Positions 10,818 to 20,245 of a stretch of DNA of 64,000 nucleotides are shown here, piece by piece. The DNA is taken from the NCBI GenBank assembly GCA_964387645.1, contig CAYLYM010000007.1, positions 149 through 64,148 on the forward strand, written 5' to 3'. The position numbers and the translations under genes are program-made. The notes below the pieces were generated by a model, which saw nothing but the letters and a program-made list of their open reading frames with translations, was not told where the DNA came from and searched no databases. Every line of letters starts with the position of its first letter. Position 1 is the stretch's first letter. Source of the DNA: an uncultured Calditrichaceae bacterium (GTDB taxonomy: Bacteria > Calditrichota > Calditrichia > RBG-13-44-9).

Positions 10818-11639
10818 ATGTTTACCGAAGAATCTCAGACGGAGAATTGTGTGAATTCACAAACGGATGCAAAAAAAACTGTATTAATCACCGGTGCAAC
10901 CACCGGAATTGGTTATGAATTAAGCAAGTTGTTTGCTGCTGATAAAGCTAATTTAGTTCTGGTTGCCAGGAATACTGAGTTACTTACTCAGCGCCAGAAC
11001 GATTTAGTGTCGCAATATGGTGTTCATGTCAAATCAATTTCTTTGGATTTGGCGGAAGAGGGTGCTGCCCAGAAACTCTATAATCAGGTAAAAAAAGAAG
11101 GTATCTTCGTCAATACGTTAGTGAATAATGCTGGATTTGGTCTGTTAGGCGCTTTTAAAGATACTGACCTGGAAACCGAAATGCGCATGATACGTCTGAA
11201 TATTTCTACACTAACTGCTTTGACAAAATTATTCCTTAATGATTTATTGGATTCTGGCGGTGAGATCCTGAACGTGGCTTCCACAGCGGCCTTTGAGCCC
11301 GGCCCTATGATGGCTGTTTATTATGCCACAAAGGCCTATGTCCTTTCCTTCAGCGAAGCTCTTGCCACCGAACTTAAGGGCACCCCGGTTAAAGTTTCGG
11401 TTCTATGTCCTGGACCCACCCAGACTGAGTTTCAGAAAACTGCCCGAATCCGTGGAGTTAAGCTCTTAAAATTGGGCATAATGGATGCAGCTACGGTAGC
11501 ACGGGCAGGATATGAAGGATTGAAGAAAGGAAAAACGCTCATCATCCCTGGTTTTTTAAACAGACTGAGCGTCTGGTCGATACGATTTGCTCCGCGGAAA
11601 CTTGTAACCAGTGTGGTGGAATTTCTGCATAAATCATAA
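10818..11639 (+). CDS. Short-chain dehydrogenase/reductase (SDR) family oxidoreductase
   Basis: TGATTGIG glycine-rich NAD(P)-binding motif and the NNAG and YxxxK regions. Confidence 0.8.
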   Translation: MFTEESQTENCVNSQTDAKKTVLITGATTGIGYELSKLFAADKANLVLVARNTELLTQRQNDLVSQYGVHVKSISLDLAEEGAAQKLYNQVKKEGIFVNTLVNNAGFGLLGAFKDTDLETEMRMIRLNISTLTALTKLFLNDLLDSGGEILNVASTAAFEPGPMMAVYYATKAYVLSFSEALATELKGTPVKVSVLCPGPTQTEFQKTARIRGVKLLKLGIMDAATVARAGYEGLKKGKTLIIPGFLNRLSVWSIRFAPRKLVTSVVEFLHKS

Positions 11640-11918
11640 ATAGAGGATGGTTTTTCATTTGTTCACAACTGGGTGTTCCAGAATAGAATATCTTATTGTG
11701 AATGAACTTAAACAATAAAAGACATTTTTTACTAGCTTAACTGTAGCAGCTTTGCCGATAGACAAACATTTGTTAGTAGGATAAATAACTAAAATCAAAG
11801 GTCTTTATTCTATAAACAATAATGATTAAAGTGAGAATTTTCTTAAGAAAATTTGTTTTTTGTAATTTTTTAATTTTACTATTTAATAGAATCTCAATCG
11901 AGTTTAATTAAATCTTTT

Positions 11919-12446
11919 ATGAGAATCCCGATATTTATGAAAGATGAGAATTTAAAAAAAGTTGTTATTTACACAGATGGTGCTTGTTCAGGAAATCCCG
12001 GACCCGGTGGATATGGCGTGATACTCAAATACGGAGAACATCGTAAAGAACTTTCTGAAGGCTTCCGAAGAACGACTAATAACCGCATGGAATTAATGGC
12101 CGCTATTGCCGGACTGGAAGCCTTAAAAGAACGCTGTGCAGTGTTGCTGTATACAGATTCTAAATATTTGGTGGATAGTATGAGCAAGGGGTGGGCTCAT
12201 CAATGGCGAGCTAACCGCTGGATGCGGAATAAGAGAGAAAAAGCTCAAAATCCTGATCTATGGGAAAAATTACTAAAATTATGCGAATATCACCAGGTGG
12301 AAATTCATTGGGTAAAGGGGCATGCAGGTGATCCGGAAAACGAAAAAGCCGATGAATTAGCTAATGAAGCACTCCGGAAAAAGCATTTAAAAATCGATGA
12401 ATTCTTTGAGAAAAATGAACAGGAAAAAATGAATTTTTCAAATTAA
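11919..12446 (+). CDS. rnhA: Ribonuclease HI
   Basis: [16 protein letters not shown]..., TNNRMEL and the VKGHAG...NE..D catalytic motifs. Confidence 0.85.
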   Translation: MRIPIFMKDENLKKVVIYTDGACSGNPGPGGYGVILKYGEHRKELSEGFRRTTNNRMELMAAIAGLEALKERCAVLLYTDSKYLVDSMSKGWAHQWRANRWMRNKREKAQNPDLWEKLLKLCEYHQVEIHWVKGHAGDPENEKADELANEALRKKHLKIDEFFEKNEQEKMNFSN

Positions 12447-12854
12447 ATGAATATTCGTGTTAATCCTGGTATCGGGTTTTTATTTTTTATTAATTAAAAC
12501 AAAGTAATAGAAAATCTATTGTCAGAAGAATGTTATTACTAAATAAAGCAATTCTGTTATTGGCATTACAGTGATGTGAGCAACAAACCTAAATCACCTT
12601 TCCTCACGGTTTGGCTCTGAGATACCAAAATCATTTTTTATTTGGATTGGACTATTCCAGAAATTTTTTCTGGTTGTTAAGCATGAGACCTTTTCTCATC
12701 AATCCATCATTTTCTTAATTTTGAGAAAAATCCAAGTATTTTTTTCTTATGTATGAGAAAATATTATCAAAGTAAGGTCCTATCATTCATCATAATTCTT
12801 TATATTTAAACAAAAACTAACATTGTTCTTAAAATCATAAAACTGGCATTGTTT

Positions 12855-12885
12855 TTGAATCTACATTGAACGATGTAGAAATAAT
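12855..12885 (+). promoter_or_regulatory. Candidate MerR-type promoter/operator: TTGAAT - 19-nt spacer containing the dyad CTACAT-N6-ATGTAG - AATAAT
   Basis: A -35-like TTGAAT (12855-12860), a 19-nt spacer holding a perfect inverted repeat (12861-12878), and an AT-rich -10-like hexamer. The site lies ~30 nt upstream of the MerR-family gene start. Confidence 0.35.
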
Positions 12886-12912
12886 AATAAATAAAATGTA
12901 GAAAAGAGATAG

Positions 12913-13374
12913 TTGAAAATGGAGAATGCACTCAACCCTCACGAACCTGTCTTTACCATTGGAACCATTGCTAAAATGTTGAATGTTGCCGTCCAGACCA
13001 TCCGACTGTATGAGCACGAAGGGCTAATTCTCCCGGCCAAAACAGAATCTGGCAGGAGAATGTTCTCTTTGCATGATCTGGAGAGATTGAAATGTATCCG
13101 TAAATTATTAACAGAAGATGGATTAAATATCACAGGCATAAAAAAATTAATGTCGCTTATACCTTGTTGGGAGTTTAAAGGCGGTTTGGATGATGATTGT
13201 AGAAATTGTCCAGCTTATTATGAAACCGTAGGGCCCTGCTGGAGCTTGACAAAAGTTGGGGAAAAGTGTATTGGACAAGATTGTCGTTCTTGTCAGGTTT
13301 ATCAAATGAATGTCAGTTGTGAAAAAATGAAAACCATTCTGTTCGGACATCATCGTCCTGGTGATTGTAAATAA
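12913..13374 (+). CDS. MerR-family transcriptional regulator with Cys-rich (9 Cys) C-terminal domain
   Basis: The N-terminal HTH FTIGTIAKMLNVAVQTIRLYEHEGLI is typical MerR, followed by a coiled-coil linker. The C-terminal ~70 aa carry CxxC and Cx4CxxC-type spacing (CRNC, CIGQDCRSC). The track gives a TTG start; the ATG at 12919 is also possible. Confidence 0.75.
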   Translation: MKMENALNPHEPVFTIGTIAKMLNVAVQTIRLYEHEGLILPAKTESGRRMFSLHDLERLKCIRKLLTEDGLNITGIKKLMSLIPCWEFKGGLDDDCRNCPAYYETVGPCWSLTKVGEKCIGQDCRSCQVYQMNVSCEKMKTILFGHHRPGDCK

Positions 13375-13412
13375 TTTTCAGAGTAAGAAGAAGTATAAAT
13401 TCGAGGATTGAT

Positions 13413-14642
13413 ATGAAGAAGTTATTGATTTTAGGAGCAGGAACAGCGGGAACAATCATGGCCAACAAATTAGCTCCCGTGTTGGATTCTAATGAATGGC
13501 GAATAACGATTGTGGATGAAAATGAAAATCACTACTATCAGCCTGGATTTCTATTTATCCCTTTTGGCATTTATACGAAAGAAGATGTGGTTAAGTCCAA
13601 AAGGGATTATTTCCCACCAAACGTTGAAGTCATTATGTCTCCAATTGAATTGATTATGCCAGAAGAGAACAAAGTGAAATTGGGCACTGGAAAAGTACTC
13701 AGCTATGATCTTCTGATTATAGCAACTGGAAGTAGTATTCATCCTGAAGAGACCGAAGGGTTGCTAAATGGCGGTTGGCGGAAAAACATTTTTGATTTTT
13801 ATACTCTCGAAGGTGCCTGTGAACTGCAGAAGTTTTTAAAATATTGGGAAGGTGGACGGATGGTGGTCAATATTGTGGAAATGCCCATTAAATGTCCGGT
13901 AGCTCCATTAGAATTCTCATTTCTGGCTGACTGGTGGTTTACAGAACAAGGTATTCGTGATAAGGTCGAGATTATTTATGTAACGCCTTTGCCTGGTGCT
14001 TTTACCAAACCCAAAGCTTCGCAATTATTGGGCGATTTTTTAGAAAAGAAAAATATTCACCTGGTTCCAGAATTTGCTGTAGGTCGAGTAGATTCGGCAA
14101 AAAATAAAATTATCTCGTGGGATAACAAGGAAGTTGAATATGATCTGCTCGTCACTATTCCAACCAACATGGGAGCGGAAGTCATTGCTAATTCTGGTCT
14201 GGGAGACGATTTAAATTTTATCCCTACGGACAAGCACACGCTTCAATCATTAAAATATGAAAATATTTTTGTAATTGGCGATGCCACCAATTTACCCAGT
14301 TCCAAAGCAGGTTCTGTAGCACATTTCCAGGCAGATATTTTATTTGAGAATGTTTTACGCTATATCGAGGGGCGTCCTCTGGTGCCAGAGTTTGATGGTC
14401 ACGCCAATTGCTTCATCGAGTCTGGTTTTGGAAAAGGATTGCTCATTGATTTTAATTATGATGTTGAACCGTTGCCTGGGAAATTTCCACTTCCAGGAAT
14501 TGGACCCTTTTCTCTTTTACAAGAAACCAGAATGAATCATTGGGGAAAAATGATGTTCCGTTGGATTTACTGGAATCTTTTATTAAAAGGTTCTGAATTA
14601 CCCATTGAAGCACAAATGAACTTGGCAGGAAAGAGGCTATAA
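13413..14642 (+). CDS. Sulfide:quinone oxidoreductase-type flavoprotein (pyridine nucleotide-disulfide oxidoreductase family)
   Basis: N-terminal FAD motif ILGAGTAGT. Two Cys sit at SQR-like positions (IKCPVAP at ~aa160 and HANCFIESG at ~aa345). Size is ~409 aa, and the gene lies among DUF1641, DsrC/TusE and DsrE neighbours. Confidence 0.65.
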   Translation: MKKLLILGAGTAGTIMANKLAPVLDSNEWRITIVDENENHYYQPGFLFIPFGIYTKEDVVKSKRDYFPPNVEVIMSPIELIMPEENKVKLGTGKVLSYDLLIIATGSSIHPEETEGLLNGGWRKNIFDFYTLEGACELQKFLKYWEGGRMVVNIVEMPIKCPVAPLEFSFLADWWFTEQGIRDKVEIIYVTPLPGAFTKPKASQLLGDFLEKKNIHLVPEFAVGRVDSAKNKIISWDNKEVEYDLLVTIPTNMGAEVIANSGLGDDLNFIPTDKHTLQSLKYENIFVIGDATNLPSSKAGSVAHFQADILFENVLRYIEGRPLVPEFDGHANCFIESGFGKGLLIDFNYDVEPLPGKFPLPGIGPFSLLQETRMNHWGKMMFRWIYWNLLLKGSELPIEAQMNLAGKRL

Positions 14643-14644
14643 CT

Positions 14645-15361
14645 ATGGAAAACAAAAATATTGAATTACAGATTCAAGCTATCAACGATAAACTTGATTT
14701 TATTACAAAACAGTTGAATGAACAGCAGCGTCGACAACGTGAATGGCAAGAGCTCAAACATGATCTTGCCCTTATCGGAAAAGATGTTTTTCAAGTGGCG
14801 ATGGATGAATTGGACGAGGTAGCTCAACATTTCGATGCATCTGACTTGATCTACTTGCTGAAAAAATTATTAAGAAATACCCGCCATCTGGTCAAGCTTA
14901 TGGACCAGGTTGAAAGCGCTTCTGATTTTGTGAAAGATGCTACTCCATTAAGCAAACAGGTATTTACTCATCTTTTAGAAACGTTAGATGAGATGGACCG
15001 CAAAGGTTATTTTGAGTTTGCTCGAGAGATTTTTAATATTATCGATACCATTGTGACATCTTTTACCCTTGAGGATGTGATTTTACTCCGAGAGAATATC
15101 GCCACAATTTTATTAACAGTTAAAAATCTTACTCAGCCTGAAATGTTGGCTACCGTGAATAATGCTTTAAGTTTCTTTCAGAAAATGGATGTTGAAATAG
15201 ATAAAGATATCAGTTATTGGCAATTATTTAAACAAGCTCGCGATCCTGAGTTAAAAAGAGGTCTGGCTTTTATTATCCAGTTTATGAAAAACATGGTTAG
15301 TTCTAATGGTAAAAAACTTGAAGATTTAAATGAACAAAGATTGCAAAAAAAGGAGGAATAA
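14645..15361 (+). CDS. Hypothetical protein, DUF1641-like (SQR-associated)
   Basis: 238-aa acidic helical protein, translationally coupled 2 nt after the SQR stop. DUF1641 proteins typically accompany SQR/NDH-2 flavoproteins. The assignment rests on context plus general composition only. Confidence 0.4.
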   Translation: MENKNIELQIQAINDKLDFITKQLNEQQRRQREWQELKHDLALIGKDVFQVAMDELDEVAQHFDASDLIYLLKKLLRNTRHLVKLMDQVESASDFVKDATPLSKQVFTHLLETLDEMDRKGYFEFAREIFNIIDTIVTSFTLEDVILLRENIATILLTVKNLTQPEMLATVNNALSFFQKMDVEIDKDISYWQLFKQARDPELKRGLAFIIQFMKNMVSSNGKKLEDLNEQRLQKKEE

Positions 15362-15364
15362 GTT

Positions 15365-15679
15365 ATGCCTACTAAAATTTTAGGTGGCAAAGAAGTTGAA
15401 GTGGATGCCGAAGGGTATTTGGTAAATCCAGATGATTGGACTGAAGAAGTAGCCAAGGATCTGGCAAAAGAAGAAGGTATTGAATTGGCTGAAGCTCATT
15501 GGAAAGTTATTAATTTCATTCGAAAAGATGCAAAAGAAACCGGTCAAGTTCCTACAATTCGTCGGATGAAAAATGCGGGCGGTATTCCCACGAGTGAACT
15601 ATATCAGTTATTTCCGGATGGGCCGGCTAAAAAGAGCGCCAAAATTGCCGGATACGGTAAACCACAAGGGTGTGTCTAA
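15365..15679 (+). CDS. DsrC/TusE-family sulfur-relay protein (single-Cys, TusE/RspA type)
   Basis: The C-terminus LYQLFPDGPAKKSAKIAGYGKPQGCV matches the DsrC/TusE tail (...LFPxGPAK...IAGxPKPxGCV). The penultimate Cys is present, but the second (CysB) position is Ala. Confidence 0.8.
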   Translation: MPTKILGGKEVEVDAEGYLVNPDDWTEEVAKDLAKEEGIELAEAHWKVINFIRKDAKETGQVPTIRRMKNAGGIPTSELYQLFPDGPAKKSAKIAGYGKPQGCV

Positions 15680-15840
15680 TAATAAAAAAGTAGTTAACAT
15701 AAGATTGTGGCATTAAAAAAAGAAAGAGTTGCTTTTTATTTCTCAATCCCAGTTGGAAATATTTTTTGGGTTTACCTGGTTTCAGTGAGTTTCTCTTAAA
15801 AATTCTCATAAAAAAATAATCGGACTCAAATCTGTGGGAG

Positions 15841-16320
15841 ATGAAAAAAATGGCTGAAGAAAAAATCAAAAAAGTCTCCATTATTATTTCTAAAGGTTCA
15901 CTTGAGGGTGTCTATCCTGGATTGATCATGGCCAATGGTGCTCGGATGGAAGGGATTGAAACAAATCTCTTCTTCACCTTTTTCGGACTGGAAGCCATTA
16001 TGAAGAAGCGGATGAATAAATTGAAAGTCGCCACAGTTGGAAATCCGGCAATGCACATCCCTTCGCTGATAGGAATACTGCCAGGAATGTCGGCCATGGC
16101 TACGTCTATGATGAAAAAACAAATGGAAAAGTTGGATATTCCACCGGTAGGTGAGTTTATTGAAATGATTTATGATGCCGGAGCTAAATTATATGCATGT
16201 AAGGCTACTGTCGAGATGTTTAAATTAACCAAAGGTGATTTTTGTTCACAGGTGGAAAGTATTATTAATGTGGCTAGATTTTACGAAATCGCAGCCGGTG
16301 GGCAAATTATTTTTACGTAA
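15841..16320 (+). CDS. DsrE/DsrF-like sulfur-relay protein
   Basis: ~155 aa with an SIIISKGSLEG N-terminus and a conserved Cys in KLYACKATVEMF, typical of the DsrE/DsrF/TusD fold. Confidence 0.6.
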   Translation: MKKMAEEKIKKVSIIISKGSLEGVYPGLIMANGARMEGIETNLFFTFFGLEAIMKKRMNKLKVATVGNPAMHIPSLIGILPGMSAMATSMMKKQMEKLDIPPVGEFIEMIYDAGAKLYACKATVEMFKLTKGDFCSQVESIINVARFYEIAAGGQIIFT

Positions 16321-17178
16321 ATTATATACCATATTGTAAGATTTTGAATGAAGCTATTCCAATGAAAATAATTCCAGAGGAATAGCTTCTTTTTTTAATA
16401 AATAAAACCGAAAAACACAAATGTGAAAGAAAGAGGTGTTTAGATATAATGATTAGAATTGAATTTCTAAAAATTATAAAATCACAAGTTAATTTACGTC
16501 AAAATACTAATTTTGACTTAGTTCAAATACTTGTAAAATGAAATATATTATTAGATATTTGTATTATTATATTGCATTTAAGGATAGTGGTTTAAAAATT
16601 TTAGAATTCATGGTAAGATTATATAAAAACTATGTTTAAAAATAAAAACTATTGCAATTTATACAGCAAATACTTAAAATATGTAAATTATTTTATAGTT
16701 TGATGAGGTGTGTTGTATTAGGTAGAAAATAAAGGAGGAAAAATATCGACAAACCTTGAAATACAAAGATTTACACTCCAAAGAAAGGAAATGTTTCTTT
16801 ATAAGAATGGAATTCCTTTTAACTACAAATGAAGATATTATAAGTACCATGAAAAATAATCAACATTAATATTTTTATTATATTGGAGAAAATAATTTAA
16901 TTTTTAAAATTTCTTAAAAATATGGGGTTTCTTCATTATACTACATACTACGTTGACTGATCTCGTCATAATAACAGTTTTATTAATTTTCTAATATTAT
17001 TATTTTGTCGAATAAAACTAACTGAATAAAAATATTTTGTTTATTATATGGTTTATTTTTATCTTTTGTATTATTAAAATTAGTTTACATTTAATTGTGA
17101 CTTAAATCAAACGTAATATAATACGAGATAGTTCACCTATAAGTTGCAAAAAAGTATTAATTTTCAGGAGGATTTATA

Positions 17179-20145
17179 ATGAAAGTAATTAAAAATGCCA
17201 TTCTCTTGGTATTGCTCCTGTTTATACCTCAACTTATTTTCGCAGCGACAACAGGTAAAATTGCTGGTCGTGTTATTGATAAAAAGACAGGCGAAGCTTT
17301 ACCTGGTGTCAATGTGGTTGTTGAGGGAACAAATTTAGGCGCTTCGACAGATATGGATGGCTTTTATTTTATTTTGAATATTCCTGCAGGTACTTACAAT
17401 GTGAAATTTATGTATATTGGCTATAAGGAAGTGACTGTGAGTAATGTGAGAGTTATGACGAATTTAACTACCAAAGTAAATGTTGAAATGGAGGAAGCGG
17501 CTTTAGATATTGGTGAGGAAATTGTTGTAGTTGCAGAACGTCCTTTGATTCAAAAGGACATTACTGGTAGTCAGACAATTACTACTGCTCAGGAATTGCA
17601 AGCCATTCCGTTTGAGGATGTTGAAGATATTGTCAATATTACACCAGGGTTTATTGATGGACATGCTAGAGGAGGGCGTGCTGGAGAAGTTTTATATCAA
17701 ATTGATGGCGTTACCACGATGGATCCTTGGAATAACACCTTTGATACCGATGTTCCTGAGTTTGCGGTAGAAGAGGTTTCAGTAATTACCGGCGGATTCA
17801 GTGCTGAATATGGCAATGCACAATCAGGTGTTGTAAATATGGTTATTAAAGAAGGTGGGCCGGAATATGATGGAAGTATCCGGTATAAAACCAGTGATTT
17901 TGGCAATTCCAGATTTTCGGATCATCATCGTTTGCAGAATGTGGAATTTGCTCTTGGTGGTCCTGATCCAATTACTCGAAATCTTTTCAATTATCGGGAT
18001 AAAGTTCGGTTTTTCATTTCTGGGGAGTATCGGAAAGATGATGGGCGTTTTGATAATCAAAAACACCGTGCATTTAATTTCCAGGGAAAATTAACTTGGA
18101 CGCCATCTAATGCTCATAAGTTTACTTTTTCTTTCTTAGGAGATCGAGATGATTATGGAGTATGGTCAAATTTGTGGAAGCGGAAAGTTAATGAAGATCA
18201 AAATATGATGATGCCGCAATTGGTAAATCCAGACCTTCCTAATTATATCCGTAATCCTGAAGATAGTTTAATTGCTCTCTGGTGGGGAAATGGCAAGCTG
18301 GATACAGAGGATCTTAATCATAATGGATTCCTGGACCCAGGAGAAGACTTGAATGGTAACGGGAAAATTGATACAGAAGATTTAAATCATGATGGAAAGA
18401 TTAATGTTTTTAATATGCTGGATCATTTGCCGAGATACAATGCGCGTAGTGAGAATTTTATTTTTAACTGGGTTTTTCAAATTGGGCCAAAGTCATTTTT
18501 AGAAACTAAATTCAGCCGCTTTCGCACTTCGTTAAAATATAATGTAAAAGAAAATATTAATGAAGATAAAGATGGCGATGGACATTTAGATTTATTTTAT
18601 GATGTCGATGGGGATGGAATTAAAGAAGATGTAGATGGAGATGGAGATAATCGGCATGAGGATTTGAATGGTAATAAGGAATGGGACTGGAAACTGGATA
18701 ATGGCGATACTGATTTGTATACTGATGAAAATAATAATGACTATATTGATGCTTCGGAAATTGGGCCTCAGGAAAACTGGATTCCCTGGACTAGTATACC
18801 GATTTTTAATTTAAAGGACAATGATGGTTTTTATACTTATGGTCCTGGTCCATCTTATTATCGCTTACGCTGGAATTATGATCAGAAAATCACCTATTCT
18901 GGAAAAGTAACTTATTATAGTCAGATTGACAAAAATAATGAAATAAAGGCAGGTGCAGAATTTAATTATTATGATATTTTTGATTTTGATCGAGATCTGG
19001 CTTCCGGTGGTAATGTGTATGGACAACGGGTTGATGTAAATCCCTATAGCTTTGCAGCCTTTTTCGAAGATAAGATGGAATATGAAGGCATGATTTTAAA
19101 TGCCGGTTTGCGTTTAGATTATTTTAGCTCAAACACAACTTTTCCGGCTGATCCCAATGATCCGGTTGAACCTGGTGAGGGTAAAATTAAAAATCCTATA
19201 AAAACTAAAGCTCGGACCTATATTAGTCCGCGTTTAGGAATTGCTCATCCCATTACTGATCGCGATGTGATTTATTTTAATTATGGACGATATTTCCAGA
19301 TCCCACGATTTTTTATTCTTTATTCCAATCTTTCATTTGACCTTTCTGGAGCATTCCCATTAGTTGGTAATCCCAATATTGAACCCGAAACAACCACTTC
19401 TTATGAAGTAGGAGTGAAGCATCAGATTACTAATGATATGAAAATAGAGGTGAAGGGATTCTTTAAAGATATTCAGGGTTTAACAGATACCCGCCAGGTT
19501 TATTATACAGCCGCAAATTATTATACTATTTATCAAAACCTTGATTATGGAAATGTGCGTGGCTTTGAAATTCAATTGTACAAACGGATGAACAGATTCC
19601 TTGGTGGAACAATTAACTACACTTATTCAATTGCCAAGGGAAAATCATCTAGCTATCGGCAGAATTATGATTTAACCTGGGCTAATTCTATTATCCCCAC
19701 TGAAGAGAATTTCTTGGATTGGGATCAGCGTCATACACTAAATGCTAATATTAACTTAAGAGTACCTCATAATCAGAAATTGTTATTTGGTAAGAGCTGG
19801 TTGGATGATGTTGGGGTAAATTTTGTATTCAGATATGGAAGTGGTTTACCTTATTCGTCTACTCAGAGGACTCGTATCCCACCAATTAATGATAAAAGAC
19901 GTCCACCAACCTATTTCATGGATATGATTATCGATAAACAAATTCAACTTACTGATGAAGTGAAATTAAAATTCTTCTTGTGGGCAAATAATCTTCAAGA
20001 GCAATGGTTCAAAAAGCGCAATATAATAGACATTGCTGACGTTGAATGGTATGAACAATTTAATGATCCAACTGGTCGTTACCATGATCCTTCTGTTTAT
20101 AGCGAGGGAACTACCTGGAATTTGGGAGTTCAGATTGATTTCTAA
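17179..20145 (+). CDS. TonB-dependent outer-membrane receptor with N-terminal carboxypeptidase-regulatory-like domain and a large Asp-rich Ca-binding insertion
   Basis: Signal peptide. CarbopepD_reg motif (GKIAGRVIDKKTGEALPGVNVVVEG). Plug domain (ITGSQTITTAQELQAIP, GGRAGEVLYQIDGV). A beta-barrel ending in the aromatic ...QIDF. RBS CAGGAGG. Confidence 0.8.
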   Translation: MKVIKNAILLVLLLFIPQLIFAATTGKIAGRVIDKKTGEALPGVNVVVEGTNLGASTDMDGFYFILNIPAGTYNVKFMYIGYKEVTVSNVRVMTNLTTKVNVEMEEAALDIGEEIVVVAERPLIQKDITGSQTITTAQELQAIPFEDVEDIVNITPGFIDGHARGGRAGEVLYQIDGVTTMDPWNNTFDTDVPEFAVEEVSVITGGFSAEYGNAQSGVVNMVIKEGGPEYDGSIRYKTSDFGNSRFSDHHRLQNVEFALGGPDPITRNLFNYRDKVRFFISGEYRKDDGRFDNQKHRAFNFQGKLTWTPSNAHKFTFSFLGDRDDYGVWSNLWKRKVNEDQNMMMPQLVNPDLPNYIRNPEDSLIALWWGNGKLDTEDLNHNGFLDPGEDLNGNGKIDTEDLNHDGKINVFNMLDHLPRYNARSENFIFNWVFQIGPKSFLETKFSRFRTSLKYNVKENINEDKDGDGHLDLFYDVDGDGIKEDVDGDGDNRHEDLNGNKEWDWKLDNGDTDLYTDENNNDYIDASEIGPQENWIPWTSIPIFNLKDNDGFYTYGPGPSYYRLRWNYDQKITYSGKVTYYSQIDKNNEIKAGAEFNYYDIFDFDRDLASGGNVYGQRVDVNPYSFAAFFEDKMEYEGMILNAGLRLDYFSSNTTFPADPNDPVEPGEGKIKNPIKTKARTYISPRLGIAHPITDRDVIYFNYGRYFQIPRFFILYSNLSFDLSGAFPLVGNPNIEPETTTSYEVGVKHQITNDMKIEVKGFFKDIQGLTDTRQVYYTAANYYTIYQNLDYGNVRGFEIQLYKRMNRFLGGTINYTYSIAKGKSSSYRQNYDLTWANSIIPTEENFLDWDQRHTLNANINLRVPHNQKLLFGKSWLDDVGVNFVFRYGSGLPYSSTQRTRIPPINDKRRPPTYFMDMIIDKQIQLTDEVKLKFFLWANNLQEQWFKKRNIIDIADVEWYEQFNDPTGRYHDPSVYSEGTTWNLGVQIDF

Positions 20146-20164
20146 TCCTTAAAAAATAATATGA

Positions 20165-20194
20165 AGTAGAGGAAGATATATATCTTCCTCTACT
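20165..20194 (+). terminator. Perfect 30-nt palindrome (14-bp stem) downstream of the TonB-receptor gene
   Basis: AGTAGAGGAAGATATATATCTTCCTCTACT followed by an AT-rich tract. No clean U-run follows. Confidence 0.4.
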
Positions 20195-20245
20195 GATATT
20201 TAATATAAAACGAAGTAAAGTTTAAATCATAGGTGGAGGCGGAGA

